Source of the DNA: a virus
Lineage: Duplodnaviria; Caudoviricetes
Strand: one strand, 5' to 3'
Length of the DNA: 51,073 bases
Virus record (IMG/VR): IMGVR_UViG_3300047388_000215
Location: 1 to 51,073 of that record
The notes under the pieces are model-generated. The model ran no database searches. It was not told where the DNA came from and saw only the letters and a list, made by a program, of their open reading frames with translations. Of this stretch, positions 27,758 through 36,527 are shown piece by piece. Every line of letters begins with the position of its first letter. Within the stretch, counting starts at the first letter, position 1. The translations under genes were made by a program, and so were the position numbers.

Positions 27758-28792
27758 TCATGCCGACACCTCGCCGGGCTCTGACTCGAACAGCGCAGGC
27801 TCGTCAGTGGCGGCGCTGTGCTGGTCCACCGCGGCCAGGTTCTTCAGCGTTTGCCGGTAGTAGGCCGGCTTCAGCTCGGCGCCGAGTCCGTACCGGCCCT
27901 GCCGCACCGGCTCGTACACCTCGCTGCCGACTCCCATGAACGGGGTGAACACCCGCTCGGCCGGGTTGGTGTACAGCACCACCGCCCGGGTGATGACGTC
28001 GAGCTGGAGCGGATGGACGTGCTTCTCGTCCTCCTCCTCGCGGGACTCCCGGTACGGCAGCACCGAGCCCTCGTCCAGCCGGCGGTCACCCTGGTTGCCG
28101 CGGATGTCGCCCCACACCGACGAGGCGTATTGCCGCCAGATCCAGTGCGAGTAGCGGTTGAGCTTCTGGTCGCCGGTCCAGCCCCGGAACTTCAGCACCT
28201 CGGCCGGGGGCTTGCGGGCGCCGGCGTACTCCATGAGGCCGGTCGGGTGGGTGACGGGGATGAGGTTGTCGCCGCGCTTGCGGAAGGTGATCAGGTAGTC
28301 GGCGTTGGCCACCATCGACTGAGTGGAGTCGTCCACGATGGTGCGGTGCGCCAGTCCTTTGGTGAGGGTGCGGTTCCGTTCGGCCAGCGGCTCCTTCCAG
28401 ATGGTTCGGCGGCCGGCGTAGCCGAACCCGATCTTCCTGTGTAGCCGGATGATGTCGCCCGGGAAATCCGAGATCGTGTCGCCGCGACCAGTGTTGGAGA
28501 GCGGTACGTCCTTGCAGTGGACGGCGCTGATACGGCCCGGCAAGGTCAGCCGGTACATCTGCTCGATGACGTACCCGTAGTGCTCCAGGAACTCGGCGTA
28601 GGTACGGGCGTTGCTCAGGTCCCGATCACTGCTGGAGTAGTGGTACAGCGCCCCACCGGACTCGGTGGCGAACGGAGGGCTGTACACCGACAGGTGCATC
28701 GACTCGGCCGGTAGCGACGCCATCACTTCGAGGCAGTCGCCGTTGTAGACAGCCCACCGGTCGGTGATCTGCTGGTCTAGGACGCCAGCCAT
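27758..28792 (-). CDS. Amino-DNA methyltransferase (N4-C/N6-A, beta-class order)
   Basis: Motif IV SVYSPPF near the N-terminus; HVHPLQLD; motif I FTPFMGVGSE near the C-terminus. Confidence 0.9.
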   Translation of the reverse strand: MAGVLDQQITDRWAVYNGDCLEVMASLPAESMHLSVYSPPFATESGGALYHYSSSDRDLSNARTYAEFLEHYGYVIEQMYRLTLPGRISAVHCKDVPLSNTGRGDTISDFPGDIIRLHRKIGFGYAGRRTIWKEPLAERNRTLTKGLAHRTIVDDSTQSMVANADYLITFRKRGDNLIPVTHPTGLMEYAGARKPPAEVLKFRGWTGDQKLNRYSHWIWRQYASSVWGDIRGNQGDRRLDEGSVLPYRESREEEDEKHVHPLQLDVITRAVVLYTNPAERVFTPFMGVGSEVYEPVRQGRYGLGAELKPAYYRQTLKNLAAVDQHSAATDEPALFESEPGEVSA

Positions 28793-30171
28793 TGCGGCAC
28801 CTCCACGGTGGTGTCGTATCGGTCGTTGCGGCGCAGGGTCATGCCGTCGCGCATGTGGGCCACGAGGGCGTCGAACATGCGGTCGGCCTGGACGGCTTTG
28901 CGTTGGGTGGATTCCAGGGCCGCGCGGCCACCGGGGGTGGTGATGTCGTCCACGATCACCGGCTGGGTTTGGCCGAACCGCCAGAACCGGCGGATGGCCT
29001 GGTAACGCTGCTCGTAGCTGTGGGAGGGGAAGTAGGACATGCGGTGGCAGTGTTGCCAGTTGAGGCCCCAGCCGGCGATCGACGGCTTGGTGACTAGAAC
29101 CCGGATCTGGCCGGCGGCGAACGCGGCCAGCTTCTCCTCCTTGGCTTCCACCTGCTCGGCGCCGCGGAGCTCGGTCGCACCGGCGGCCAGCAAGGTCAGG
29201 AGGGACGACTCATCGTTGAGGTGGCACCACGCCACCGCGGGGTCAGCGTCGGCCAGCGCGACGGCCGCGGCCTCGCAGCGTTCGGTGAGCGTCCGGCGCT
29301 GCTCCTCCCGCTCCTCCTGCAACCCGACCGCCGGAAGCTCGAACAGGACCCCCTCCGGGGCGCTGCGCGGGGTGACGAGATGCTGCCGGTACTCCAGCGG
29401 CGGCAGGGCGAACCCGGTGTCGTCGTACCCGAGGTCGGAGGGTCGTCGTATGGCACGCGCCCACGAGGTCACCCACCGCCAGAACGGCTCCTCGGCGTGG
29501 CCCTTGAACCGCCAGAAGCCTTGGTGCACACCGCGGCCAGCCTGGCCGCGGTATGCGGCCCGGGTGCTGGTGGAGTTGCCCTGGGCGTTGATAAAGAACC
29601 TAGACAACATGTCGGTGAATCCGAGGTAACCCAGCGCCTCGCTACTGGTGCCGAGCTCGACGTAATCGTTCGGCGCGGCGGTGGCGGTGTCGAGCAGCCG
29701 GTACGGCAGGGTACGCATGAACTCGGTGACCGCTGCCTTGGTGGCGCCGTCGAAGTTCTTCAGGATCGAGCTCTCGTCGCACACCATCCCGCCGAACTTG
29801 GCCGGGTCGAAGTGATGGAGCCGCTCATAGTTGGTGATCACGATCGGGGCCGGCACGCTGCCGTCGCGGGAGACCGCGGCCTCTACCGCGAACTTCGCGG
29901 CCTCGGCCAGCAGTTGAGCGGCCACCCCAAGCGGGGTGGCGACCAGCACCGGCCTGCCTGTCTTGAGGTAGACGTTGCGCGCCCACACCAGCAGCATCGG
30001 GGACTTGCCGAGCCCGCAGTCCACGAACAACGCATCGCGGCCCATGCGGATAGCCCACTCGGCCAGGGCGCGCTGGAAGTCGAACAGGAAGTCGGGCATC
30101 CACAGCGGCTCGAACCCGGCCGCGGTGTTGGCCTGCGTCTTGCGTTCCAGGAACTCCGCGTAGCCGCTCAC
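28777..30171 (-). CDS. SNF2-like superfamily 2 helicase
   Basis: DCGLGKS, TNYE, CDESS, TATAAPND, TKPSIAGWGLNWQ, QAIRRFWRFGQ. Confidence 0.9.
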   Translation of the reverse strand: MSGYAEFLERKTQANTAAGFEPLWMPDFLFDFQRALAEWAIRMGRDALFVDCGLGKSPMLLVWARNVYLKTGRPVLVATPLGVAAQLLAEAAKFAVEAAVSRDGSVPAPIVITNYERLHHFDPAKFGGMVCDESSILKNFDGATKAAVTEFMRTLPYRLLDTATAAPNDYVELGTSSEALGYLGFTDMLSRFFINAQGNSTSTRAAYRGQAGRGVHQGFWRFKGHAEEPFWRWVTSWARAIRRPSDLGYDDTGFALPPLEYRQHLVTPRSAPEGVLFELPAVGLQEEREEQRRTLTERCEAAAVALADADPAVAWCHLNDESSLLTLLAAGATELRGAEQVEAKEEKLAAFAAGQIRVLVTKPSIAGWGLNWQHCHRMSYFPSHSYEQRYQAIRRFWRFGQTQPVIVDDITTPGGRAALESTQRKAVQADRMFDALVAHMRDGMTLRRNDRYDTTVEVPQWLAS

Positions 30172-30626
30172 GCCGCGTCCTGCAGCACGTAGCGCCCAGC
30201 CGGGATACCGGCGGTACGGCGGGTCTCAGCTACCCGGGGTGCGGTCCAGTCCCCGCCGAGGGTGTGGGCGATCTCCGGGTCGGAGCTGCCCCGGGCGGCG
30301 AGGTCGGCGATCACCTCGACCGGCGTGCGTTCCGGCCGACGTGGTCGCCGCTTGAGCGCGCACCTCTCGTCCTCGCTCATGCCGCCCCAGACGCCCGCGT
30401 CCTGACCGCTGTCAAGCGCCCAGCTCAGGCACTCCGACACGACAGGGCAGCGCCGGCAGACGGCCTTCGCCTCCTCGATCTGCAGCAGGGCGGGACCGGT
30501 GGAGCCGATCGGGAAGAACAACTCCGGGTCCTCTCCTCGGCAGAGGGCACCGTTTCGCCAGTCGCGCGTCTCGCCCGCCGGGGCGGTGTGGTGGGCGTAG
30601 CTGCCCCGGGCGGTCCGGGGGGTCAC
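30168..30626 (-). CDS. whiB: WhiB-family Fe-S transcription factor (WhiB1/WblE-like) with C-terminal HTH-like extension
   Basis: Four Cys in 'C..EDPELFFPIG...AKAVCRRCPV..ECL.WAL..GQD.GVWGGMSEDER'. Confidence 0.92.
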   Translation of the reverse strand: MTPRTARGSYAHHTAPAGETRDWRNGALCRGEDPELFFPIGSTGPALLQIEEAKAVCRRCPVVSECLSWALDSGQDAGVWGGMSEDERCALKRRPRRPERTPVEVIADLAARGSSDPEIAHTLGGDWTAPRVAETRRTAGIPAGRYVLQDAA

Positions 30627-31111
30627 GACGCGGCCTCCAGACTCCACAAACTGCGCGGCATCGCATCCAGCTCCCGTTGTAGTTTCAGGTGCCACGCGAG
30701 GGCGTACCGGGCACAGTTGGCGCAGTTCATGTGCGTGAGGCAGCCGGGCAGCGGGGCCGCTCGGCGGGCGCCGTAGCTCCAGGCCAGGGAGTCGGCGGAA
30801 GTCAGGTAGTCCCAGTACTTCCGCAGACCCAAGGTTTTCACCCCGAAGCCGTGGAGCCGGATGCCCGCGTCAGCGAGGCTGGCAACGATGGTGGTGATCT
30901 CGCCGGTGGCCTGCCGGCGGCACACCGACCCGACACCGACGACCCGCTCGGCGGTGAGGTCGATACCGGCCCGGGTGTACAGTTCCGCGCGGGCCTGGGC
31001 GAGCTGTTCGGCGGTCGGCTCGGGCTGGCCGGGGTCGAGGCAGACGGCGAGCTCGGGGATGCTGGTGATCCACGGGCAGGTGGCTCGGCGGAGGTCATGC
31101 GGGCACCTCAC
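30623..31111 (-). pseudogene. C-terminal half of a TGT/DpdA-like deazapurine DNA-modification protein on an unrelated N-terminus
   Basis: 'Y..AGIDL....VGVGSVCRRQ...LHGFGVK...SADSLAWSY.ARR...C..H.NCANC..YAL.W'. The N-terminal DSGGF-type half is absent. Confidence 0.6.
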
Positions 31112-31694
31112 TGACGTTCATGTGCGCCGCTATGGCGGTCAGTGCCGAGCACGGCGCGGTGACCGGTACCTCGTACTGACCCTCCCACTCCCCCGCTTCG
31201 GGGCCAGCGAGCACCGAGCACGCCCCGCAAGCAGCGGAACCAAACAGGTCAGCGCACCTGTCGACAGGCTCGTGGTCGCACTCGCCGTCAGCGCAGTCCT
31301 CACGCAGCAGCTGCACAGGCCAGTGCGTCGAGACGGCAACCAGCAGGCGTAGCTCGGCCGCGTTGTCCTCGGGGTCGTGGCCGATCTTGTCGAGTATGAC
31401 TCGCGCGGTCCGCGCGGCCAGGTCGCCGGCAGGGCCGGCGGCGCCGCAGGTGATCCAGTGCTCCAGTTCGGCCGCAGTGGTGCCGCGGTCCAGCGCGACC
31501 GTCCAGGCGCAGGCCGGGCACAGGTGCTCGGTGGATTGCAGCGAGCGGGGTACGCCATCGCGGTACTCGCCCCACTTCGACGCGAAACGGTACGGCGCTC
31601 CGCAGACCGCGCGCGGGCTATCGGCCCCTGCCACGGCGTGCACCTTGGGGGACTCGATGCCGCACAGGTACGTGGTCGTCGTTGTGGCGGTCAT
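31095..31694 (-). CDS. Cys-rich hypothetical protein (199 aa)
   Basis: ATGA-coupled; multiple CxxC motifs. Confidence 0.55.
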   Translation of the reverse strand: MTATTTTTYLCGIESPKVHAVAGADSPRAVCGAPYRFASKWGEYRDGVPRSLQSTEHLCPACAWTVALDRGTTAAELEHWITCGAAGPAGDLAARTARVILDKIGHDPEDNAAELRLLVAVSTHWPVQLLREDCADGECDHEPVDRCADLFGSAACGACSVLAGPEAGEWEGQYEVPVTAPCSALTAIAAHMNVSEVPA

Positions 31695-32593
31695 ACCGGT
31701 ACCGCCGTCGGGTACTCCCGGTGCTGCAACCCGGCGGGGAACGTGTCGATGTCGTGGTGGTTCTTGCCGCCGAGGACGGTGCCCAACTGCTTCACGAAGG
31801 CCGGGACTCCGGCGGCGCGGCAGTCGTCCACGATGCGCTGTGCCCACTCGGTCCGCATCGGCCGCGCACCAGGGCCGGACTCACCGCCGACGATGACCCA
31901 GTGGATGTTGCCGCCGAGGACGCTGCCGTTGAAGAGCAGCGCCCGGAACCCCGCGCGCCCCGGCACCGGGTACAGCTCGCGCAGCGCCAGCGGGCCGAGC
32001 AGCGGCTCGCAGGACAGAAACCTCACTGCGGCCGGTGTGTCCTGTAGGTGCGGGATGCGTTCCTCGGCGCGCTCCTGGTCCTCCACGCTGACGCCAAGAT
32101 GCACATTTGGCAGCGGCCACGGGATGCCACCCTCCGGCACGGGCCAGCGACCAAGCAGGGAGAATGCCGGCTCCGTCAGGAGTGAGCGGGTGACCATCTC
32201 GGGGAACGCTGGGTCGGCCAGCACTCGGCGCATTCGCAGTGGCCGCTTGGTCAAGATCTGGTAGGTGTGCTGCGGGGTGAGGGACATCGCGGCGAAGGTC
32301 TGCGCCAGGAATGGCCGGGTGGCCTTGGCGTGGAACAGGTCCGACATTGAGTTGACGAACCAGGTCGTCGGCGTCTTCCGCTTCAGCGCGGCCTGCATGG
32401 CGGCCGGGTGCATGGCGAACCCGAACCCGGGACCGCTGGTACGCGGGTCACCGTCGGTCTGGTACTTCGCCTGTCCCATGCCCTTGAGCCGGGCCGCCAT
32501 CGTTTTGGCGTAGCAGTTGTCGCAGCCCGGGGACACCTGATCGCACCCGGTCGATGGGTTGATCGTGCGCTGGGTCCACTCGATGGTGGTCAC
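31691..32593 (-). CDS. DUF5131 / phage Gp37-Gp68 family protein
   Basis: 'IEWT..T.NP.TGC..VSPGCDNCYA...FVNSMSDLFH...QILTKRP...GVSVEDQ...FLSCEPLL...WVIVGGESG'. Confidence 0.9.
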   Translation of the reverse strand: MTTIEWTQRTINPSTGCDQVSPGCDNCYAKTMAARLKGMGQAKYQTDGDPRTSGPGFGFAMHPAAMQAALKRKTPTTWFVNSMSDLFHAKATRPFLAQTFAAMSLTPQHTYQILTKRPLRMRRVLADPAFPEMVTRSLLTEPAFSLLGRWPVPEGGIPWPLPNVHLGVSVEDQERAEERIPHLQDTPAAVRFLSCEPLLGPLALRELYPVPGRAGFRALLFNGSVLGGNIHWVIVGGESGPGARPMRTEWAQRIVDDCRAAGVPAFVKQLGTVLGGKNHHDIDTFPAGLQHREYPTAVPV

Positions 32594-33297
32594 GGCTGCG
32601 GCTCCCCCGCTGGTAGGTGGTGGACGGTGGTCCCGAGCGGCGCGTACGTGGACGACCGGACAGGCCGGCCCCCGGCGCCGTTGCAGCGCCCGTCCTCGTA
32701 GTCGTGCGGGCCGATCAGGCCGGCGCGGGTCAGGCCCTGGGCGGTGCCGCACCAGTCGCAGTGGCCGGTGTTCGGCGGCGGCCACGGGCTGAGGGTGGCG
32801 TTGCCGGGCAGGTACAGCGGGTGCCGGGGTGCGCCGTCCTTGGTCACGCCGAGGGCTTGCAGCGCGGTCATGCCGGGCAGGGCCAGGACGGCGGCGACGC
32901 GGTCGGGGCGGGCGTTGGCGCCCCACGCGGCGACCAGCGGCCAGCCTCGGTCCTGCGCACGCTGGGCGGCGCGGGTGAGGTGGGCGTCGTTCTCCGGCCC
33001 GACCGGGTCCGGCACTGTCCACAGGACGCGTGGGCTGGTGGACCGGTAGGCGTACAGGTTCAGCGCCCGCATGCCGGCGCAGCCCCAGGAGCGGGCGAAA
33101 CCGATGTCGCGGCGGATCGTGTTGTCGTCCACTTCGCTGTCCGCTGTGCTCGGGTTGAGCATGAGGAACGTGGCGATGGGGCCGGCGTCGGCCCAGCGGC
33201 GGGTGAGGCTGTAGCGGTACAGCCGGTCGGCGGAGATGGTGGCCGCCCGGTACATGTCGGGCTCGCGCTCGTCGGGGAACAGTGCGGGGGTCGTCAC
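32590..33297 (-). CDS. DUF1643 family protein
   Basis: 'YRYSLTRRW...MLNPSTAD...DDNTIRR...NLYA.RST.P...AAWG...G.PRHPLY'. Confidence 0.88.
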   Translation of the reverse strand: MTTPALFPDEREPDMYRAATISADRLYRYSLTRRWADAGPIATFLMLNPSTADSEVDDNTIRRDIGFARSWGCAGMRALNLYAYRSTSPRVLWTVPDPVGPENDAHLTRAAQRAQDRGWPLVAAWGANARPDRVAAVLALPGMTALQALGVTKDGAPRHPLYLPGNATLSPWPPPNTGHCDWCGTAQGLTRAGLIGPHDYEDGRCNGAGGRPVRSSTYAPLGTTVHHLPAGEPQP

Positions 33298-33617
33298 GAG
33301 GTCACCGCCCTCGGGCCGTAGTGGCCATCGACGGCGTGCTCATACCGGCTGCAGTCACACGGACCGCGCTCGTCGGCGATGCAGCAGTAGGTGACCGCCT
33401 TGCCGCTGGTCTCGTGGTGGCCGCTGACCGGGTGGCCGCAGGTGCACAGCGGCGGATTCCACGGCAGGTACTGGCCGCAGGTGCCGCAGGTCGGCGGCTG
33501 GCCGGGGACGTCGGAGTGGGACAGGATGGCGCCTTGAGCGGGACCGCTGGGTACCGCCGGCAGTTGGGTCACGGGTGCTGCGGGGCTGGCGTGCCCGCCG
33601 GTCCTCTGATAGGTCAC
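33294..33617 (-). CDS. Cys/His-rich hypothetical protein (107 aa)
   Basis: 'CTCGH...H....C......CDC..Y'; coupled. Confidence 0.55.
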   Translation of the reverse strand: MTYQRTGGHASPAAPVTQLPAVPSGPAQGAILSHSDVPGQPPTCGTCGQYLPWNPPLCTCGHPVSGHHETSGKAVTYCCIADERGPCDCSRYEHAVDGHYGPRAVTS

Positions 33618-33937
33618 GGTGCCACCGCCTCTACGACGAGAGCGGCGAGGCGATCAGCCAAGCCGAGCCGGTCCGCCGCGACCCCGAGGCATTTCGGGCA
33701 CCACGTCAGGCCGTGGGGCAGCGGGCCGCCGAACGGCAAGCACTCAATCGGCGCGTTGGTGCTCTCCCACCACGACTGACCGCATGCCGCCGACGGTGCG
33801 CCGCGACGCGGGAACGTGCCGTCCGGCGGGATCAGGTGGACGCGGCGTACCTGTCCACCGCGTCCGCTGCCGCCGTAGTACGCCGACGTCTCAGCGGTCC
33901 AGCGGGGCCGTGCGGGCCTCGTGCGGGTGGCGGTCAC
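33614..33937 (-). CDS. Hypothetical protein (107 aa)
   Basis: 'VHL...ACG...WCPKC'; GTGA-coupled. Confidence 0.5.
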   Translation of the reverse strand: MTATRTRPARPRWTAETSAYYGGSGRGGQVRRVHLIPPDGTFPRRGAPSAACGQSWWESTNAPIECLPFGGPLPHGLTWCPKCLGVAADRLGLADRLAALVVEAVAP

Positions 33938-34122
33938 CGCGCCACCGCCGATCCCACGAACTCGGGCTGGACGATGTTTGGCCAGTACGACGCCCACGCC
34001 TCGTCCTGCTGCTGCCGGGCCTGTGCGGCGCGGTCGCGGCGGATGTCGGCGGTGAGTTGTTGGAGTAGCTCGACGTGCTCGGCGGCGGCGGCTTCGTCGC
34101 GGAGCCGGCGGCGGGTCAGCAC
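33934..34122 (-). CDS. Hypothetical protein (62 aa)
   Basis: Coupled short helical ORF. Confidence 0.45.
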   Translation of the reverse strand: MLTRRRLRDEAAAAEHVELLQQLTADIRRDRAAQARQQQDEAWASYWPNIVQPEFVGSAVAR

Positions 34123-34718
34123 GGCACACCGGCCGGGATATCGACGGAGGATCGCTCGGCACCGCAAGCGCTGCACGTGGCCTCGGGGTCCTCGACGTAG
34201 TCCCAGTCGTGCTCGTGGTTGTCGCTGTCCGGGCAGACGCCGGCAGGGATGTGGCTGATGCAGAACGCCCGGCCGTCCGCGAGGACTACAGCCCCTTCGC
34301 CGTCGAGGTCGCTCTCCACGCCTTCACGCTGGCTGTACGCCGTCATGTCACCGAACTCGAACTGGTGCTCCCCCGTGCCGTCGCCGGCACACCAGCCCTC
34401 GTAGTAGGTGACCGGGCGGATGCCGGCCAGCGAGGCGATGCCCATCACTGCAAGGTGCTCGGGCATGCCCATGCCGGGGCCGGTGAGGATGTACGTCACC
34501 CGGACGTTGGTCTCGCGGCCTGTGTAGGCACCGTCTCCGCTGCCCTCGCCGTCCTGCGTCCACTCGCGTAGGTGCAGGGTGTCGCCGACAGCGAAGCGGC
34601 GGTCGATGGTGTGGCGGACCTCGAAGGGCTTCCGGCCGGCCACGACGTCCTCGAAGTACGGCGGGACCGTCTTCAGCTCGTGGACCGTGGGGGCCGGCTG
34701 CTCGGTGGGCTGGGTCAT
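34116..34718 (-). CDS. ASCH/PUA (DUF3850) domain protein
   Basis: 'HELKT.P.YF..V..GRKPFEVR...DR.F.VGD.L.LREW...YTGR....VTYI'. Confidence 0.85.
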   Translation of the reverse strand: MTQPTEQPAPTVHELKTVPPYFEDVVAGRKPFEVRHTIDRRFAVGDTLHLREWTQDGEGSGDGAYTGRETNVRVTYILTGPGMGMPEHLAVMGIASLAGIRPVTYYEGWCAGDGTGEHQFEFGDMTAYSQREGVESDLDGEGAVVLADGRAFCISHIPAGVCPDSDNHEHDWDYVEDPEATCSACGAERSSVDIPAGVPC

Positions 34719-35113
34719 GCCGCACGCTCCGGGGTGGTCGCGGCGGCCAGCACGGCGGCGATGTCCGGCGGCTGCCAGCCCTCGGGCTTCAGGATCTTTC
34801 CGTCGGCGCGGCGGATCACCTGCTTGTCCGGGCCGCGCTTGGCCATGTTCGAGGCGTGGACCGCATCCCACACCGCGCCGAAGGGGATGCCCTCTTCGGC
34901 CATTGTGCCGAGGACGGTGACGATCACGTCTGCGGCTTCCTTCGCCGACCCGGGCACGTCGCCGGCCTTCAGGGCTTCGATCAGTTCCCGGTACTCCTCG
35001 TCCATGAGGTCCAGGCGCAGCTGTAGCCGGTCGGCGGGTACGGGCTGCGGGTGGTCGGCGACGGGCACACCGAAGGTGAGGTGCCAGGCGACAACGTCGG
35101 TGTAGTAGCTCAT
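34715..35113 (-). CDS. MazG-like / PRA-PH-like NTP pyrophosphohydrolase
   Basis: 'L..EEYREL...AKEAADV...VH.SNM.K...R.DGKILKP.GW.PPD'. Confidence 0.85.
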   Translation of the reverse strand: MSYYTDVVAWHLTFGVPVADHPQPVPADRLQLRLDLMDEEYRELIEALKAGDVPGSAKEAADVIVTVLGTMAEEGIPFGAVWDAVHASNMAKRGPDKQVIRRADGKILKPEGWQPPDIAAVLAAATTPERAA

Positions 35114-35760
35114 GCCGCGCTCCCCGAGGTCGCCGGGGTACGGGCCGCGTCGTACTGCTGGATGCCCCGCTGGATCGCGTAGCAGCACCACAGGTAGGTC
35201 CAGTCGAATTCACGTAGGTCCCACTCCCATGAGTCCGAAAACTCGAACCGCCGCTGGTCACGGCTGGCGGTCAGCGGATAGTGGAAGTCCCGCAACGCCT
35301 CGTGGGCATGGTCCTCATACGTCATGTCGTAGTCGGGGTAGTCAACCTCGTTGGCCTCTTTCCAGGCGGCTGTGATCCCCGGCCAGTCCTGTTCGGCGTC
35401 GGCCAGCCGTTCGGCCACGTGCTGCTCGAAAACCTCCCGGGAGTACGACCGGCACGACTGCGTGCCGCCGGGGGTCTTCTCCGCCCAGTAGCCGGGGTTG
35501 ATGCGGCTGCCCCGGAAGAACTCGAACATGTCGTCCACGCGGGCGAACATGTAGGAGCCGCAGTCACCTCGGATGGCTAGGTTGCCAGGCCAGGTGATCA
35601 GGTCAAACCAGCACAGCCACGAGTGCGGGCTGGGCTGGGCGAACCGCAGGTGTCGGTACAGGCCATCGTCGTGCAGGACGATCAACTGGTGGCTGGTGGT
35701 GTCAGCGGCGAAGCGTTCGGCGCTCTCCCGGATCGGGTCGCGGGTCTTGGTGTCGCTCAT
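35110..35760 (-). CDS. Conserved phage hypothetical protein (216 aa)
   Basis: 'HDDGLYRHLRF...FDLITWPG.L...GD.G.Y.F.R..DMFEFFR...INP.YWAEK'. Confidence 0.75.
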   Translation of the reverse strand: MSDTKTRDPIRESAERFAADTTSHQLIVLHDDGLYRHLRFAQPSPHSWLCWFDLITWPGNLAIRGDCGSYMFARVDDMFEFFRGSRINPGYWAEKTPGGTQSCRSYSREVFEQHVAERLADAEQDWPGITAAWKEANEVDYPDYDMTYEDHAHEALRDFHYPLTASRDQRRFEFSDSWEWDLREFDWTYLWCCYAIQRGIQQYDAARTPATSGSAA

Positions 35761-36091
35761 CGGTATCTCCGTGGTGCTCGTGTCGGGTGGTCTGTGGTGT
35801 GGTGGTGGCGCGGCCCCGGCTTCCCCTCCGGTGCCGCGCCACCAGATCAGGGGGCGGGCGGGTGTAGCAGCGGGGCGAACGATCGAAGGCGGCGATCACA
35901 CAGCCACCGGAGCCGAGGAAGTCGCGCTCCATGCACTGGGCGACCATCCGCCACTGGTTGGCCCGCTCGGTCTCGCCTTGAGCGCGGGCCTGCTTTTCCC
36001 AGTCGCGGTAGTGGTCGGCGCGGCGCTGGATCTTTGCTCTCGCCCACGCGATCGCTGCCGGGTCGCTGTTGTAGTCGGCGGTCTCAGGCAT
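35702..36091 (-). CDS. Hypothetical protein (MPETADYNSDP...); 3' end uncertain, possibly frameshifted
   Basis: GGAG RBS; coding-like up to 'IAAFD', then a low-quality tail overlapping the next gene. Confidence 0.4.
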   Translation of the reverse strand: MPETADYNSDPAAIAWARAKIQRRADHYRDWEKQARAQGETERANQWRMVAQCMERDFLGSGGCVIAAFDRSPRCYTRPPPDLVARHRRGSRGRATTTPQTTRHEHHGDTDERHQDPRPDPGERRTLRR

Positions 36092-36527
36092 CGCCTTCTC
36101 CCCCGTTCGGGGCGGCGTACCGGCCGCCCTCGTCATCCAGCAGGAACCAGCCATCGGCCAGCAGCACCGGGACCGCGGCGGTGTCCTGCCCGCGGTGGAC
36201 AGACCAGCCGTTGCCGTACCGGTCGGTGAAGTGGTCGGCCTCGTAGCCGCCGCGGTCGCAGACGTGCAGCAGCGACGAGGGGCGGTGGATGGCCGGGTTG
36301 CGCGTCGAGCCGCCCATGCCCCGGCGTACGCGGTGCTGGAACTGGGTGGCGCGGTCGCCGTGCAGTTCGCACCGGTCCCCGGACCGCAGCCGCACCACGG
36401 CCTTGGCGAGGGCATAGATACGCTCGGACTGCCGCAGCCGGCCCGTGACGGCCTCGCTCAACGACTTCTGCTTGAGCACCCCAGCCGAACGCAGCGGCCG
36501 GTACCGAGGCAGGGAGCTACGCGGCAT
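36084..36527 (-). CDS. Degenerate HNH-like protein
   Basis: 'RSGDRCE.......QHR.RRGMGG......LL.VC.....H...GW.V'; some expected Cys residues are missing. Confidence 0.6.
   Translation of the reverse strand: MPRSSLPRYRPLRSAGVLKQKSLSEAVTGRLRQSERIYALAKAVVRLRSGDRCELHGDRATQFQHRVRRGMGGSTRNPAIHRPSSLLHVCDRGGYEADHFTDRYGNGWSVHRGQDTAAVPVLLADGWFLLDDEGGRYAAPNGGEGDA

Noticed and set aside
27576-27761. 61-aa ORF between the methyltransferase and 27388-27579
   Set aside because: ATGA-coupled at both ends, but codon usage is atypical and there are no motifs; too weak to list as a feature.
24681-35261. Long N-terminal extensions given by the ORF track (DnaB to 26453, DUF5131 to 33022, ASCH to 35261)
   Set aside because: They overlap genuine upstream genes in another frame; coupled NTGA starts give better boundaries.
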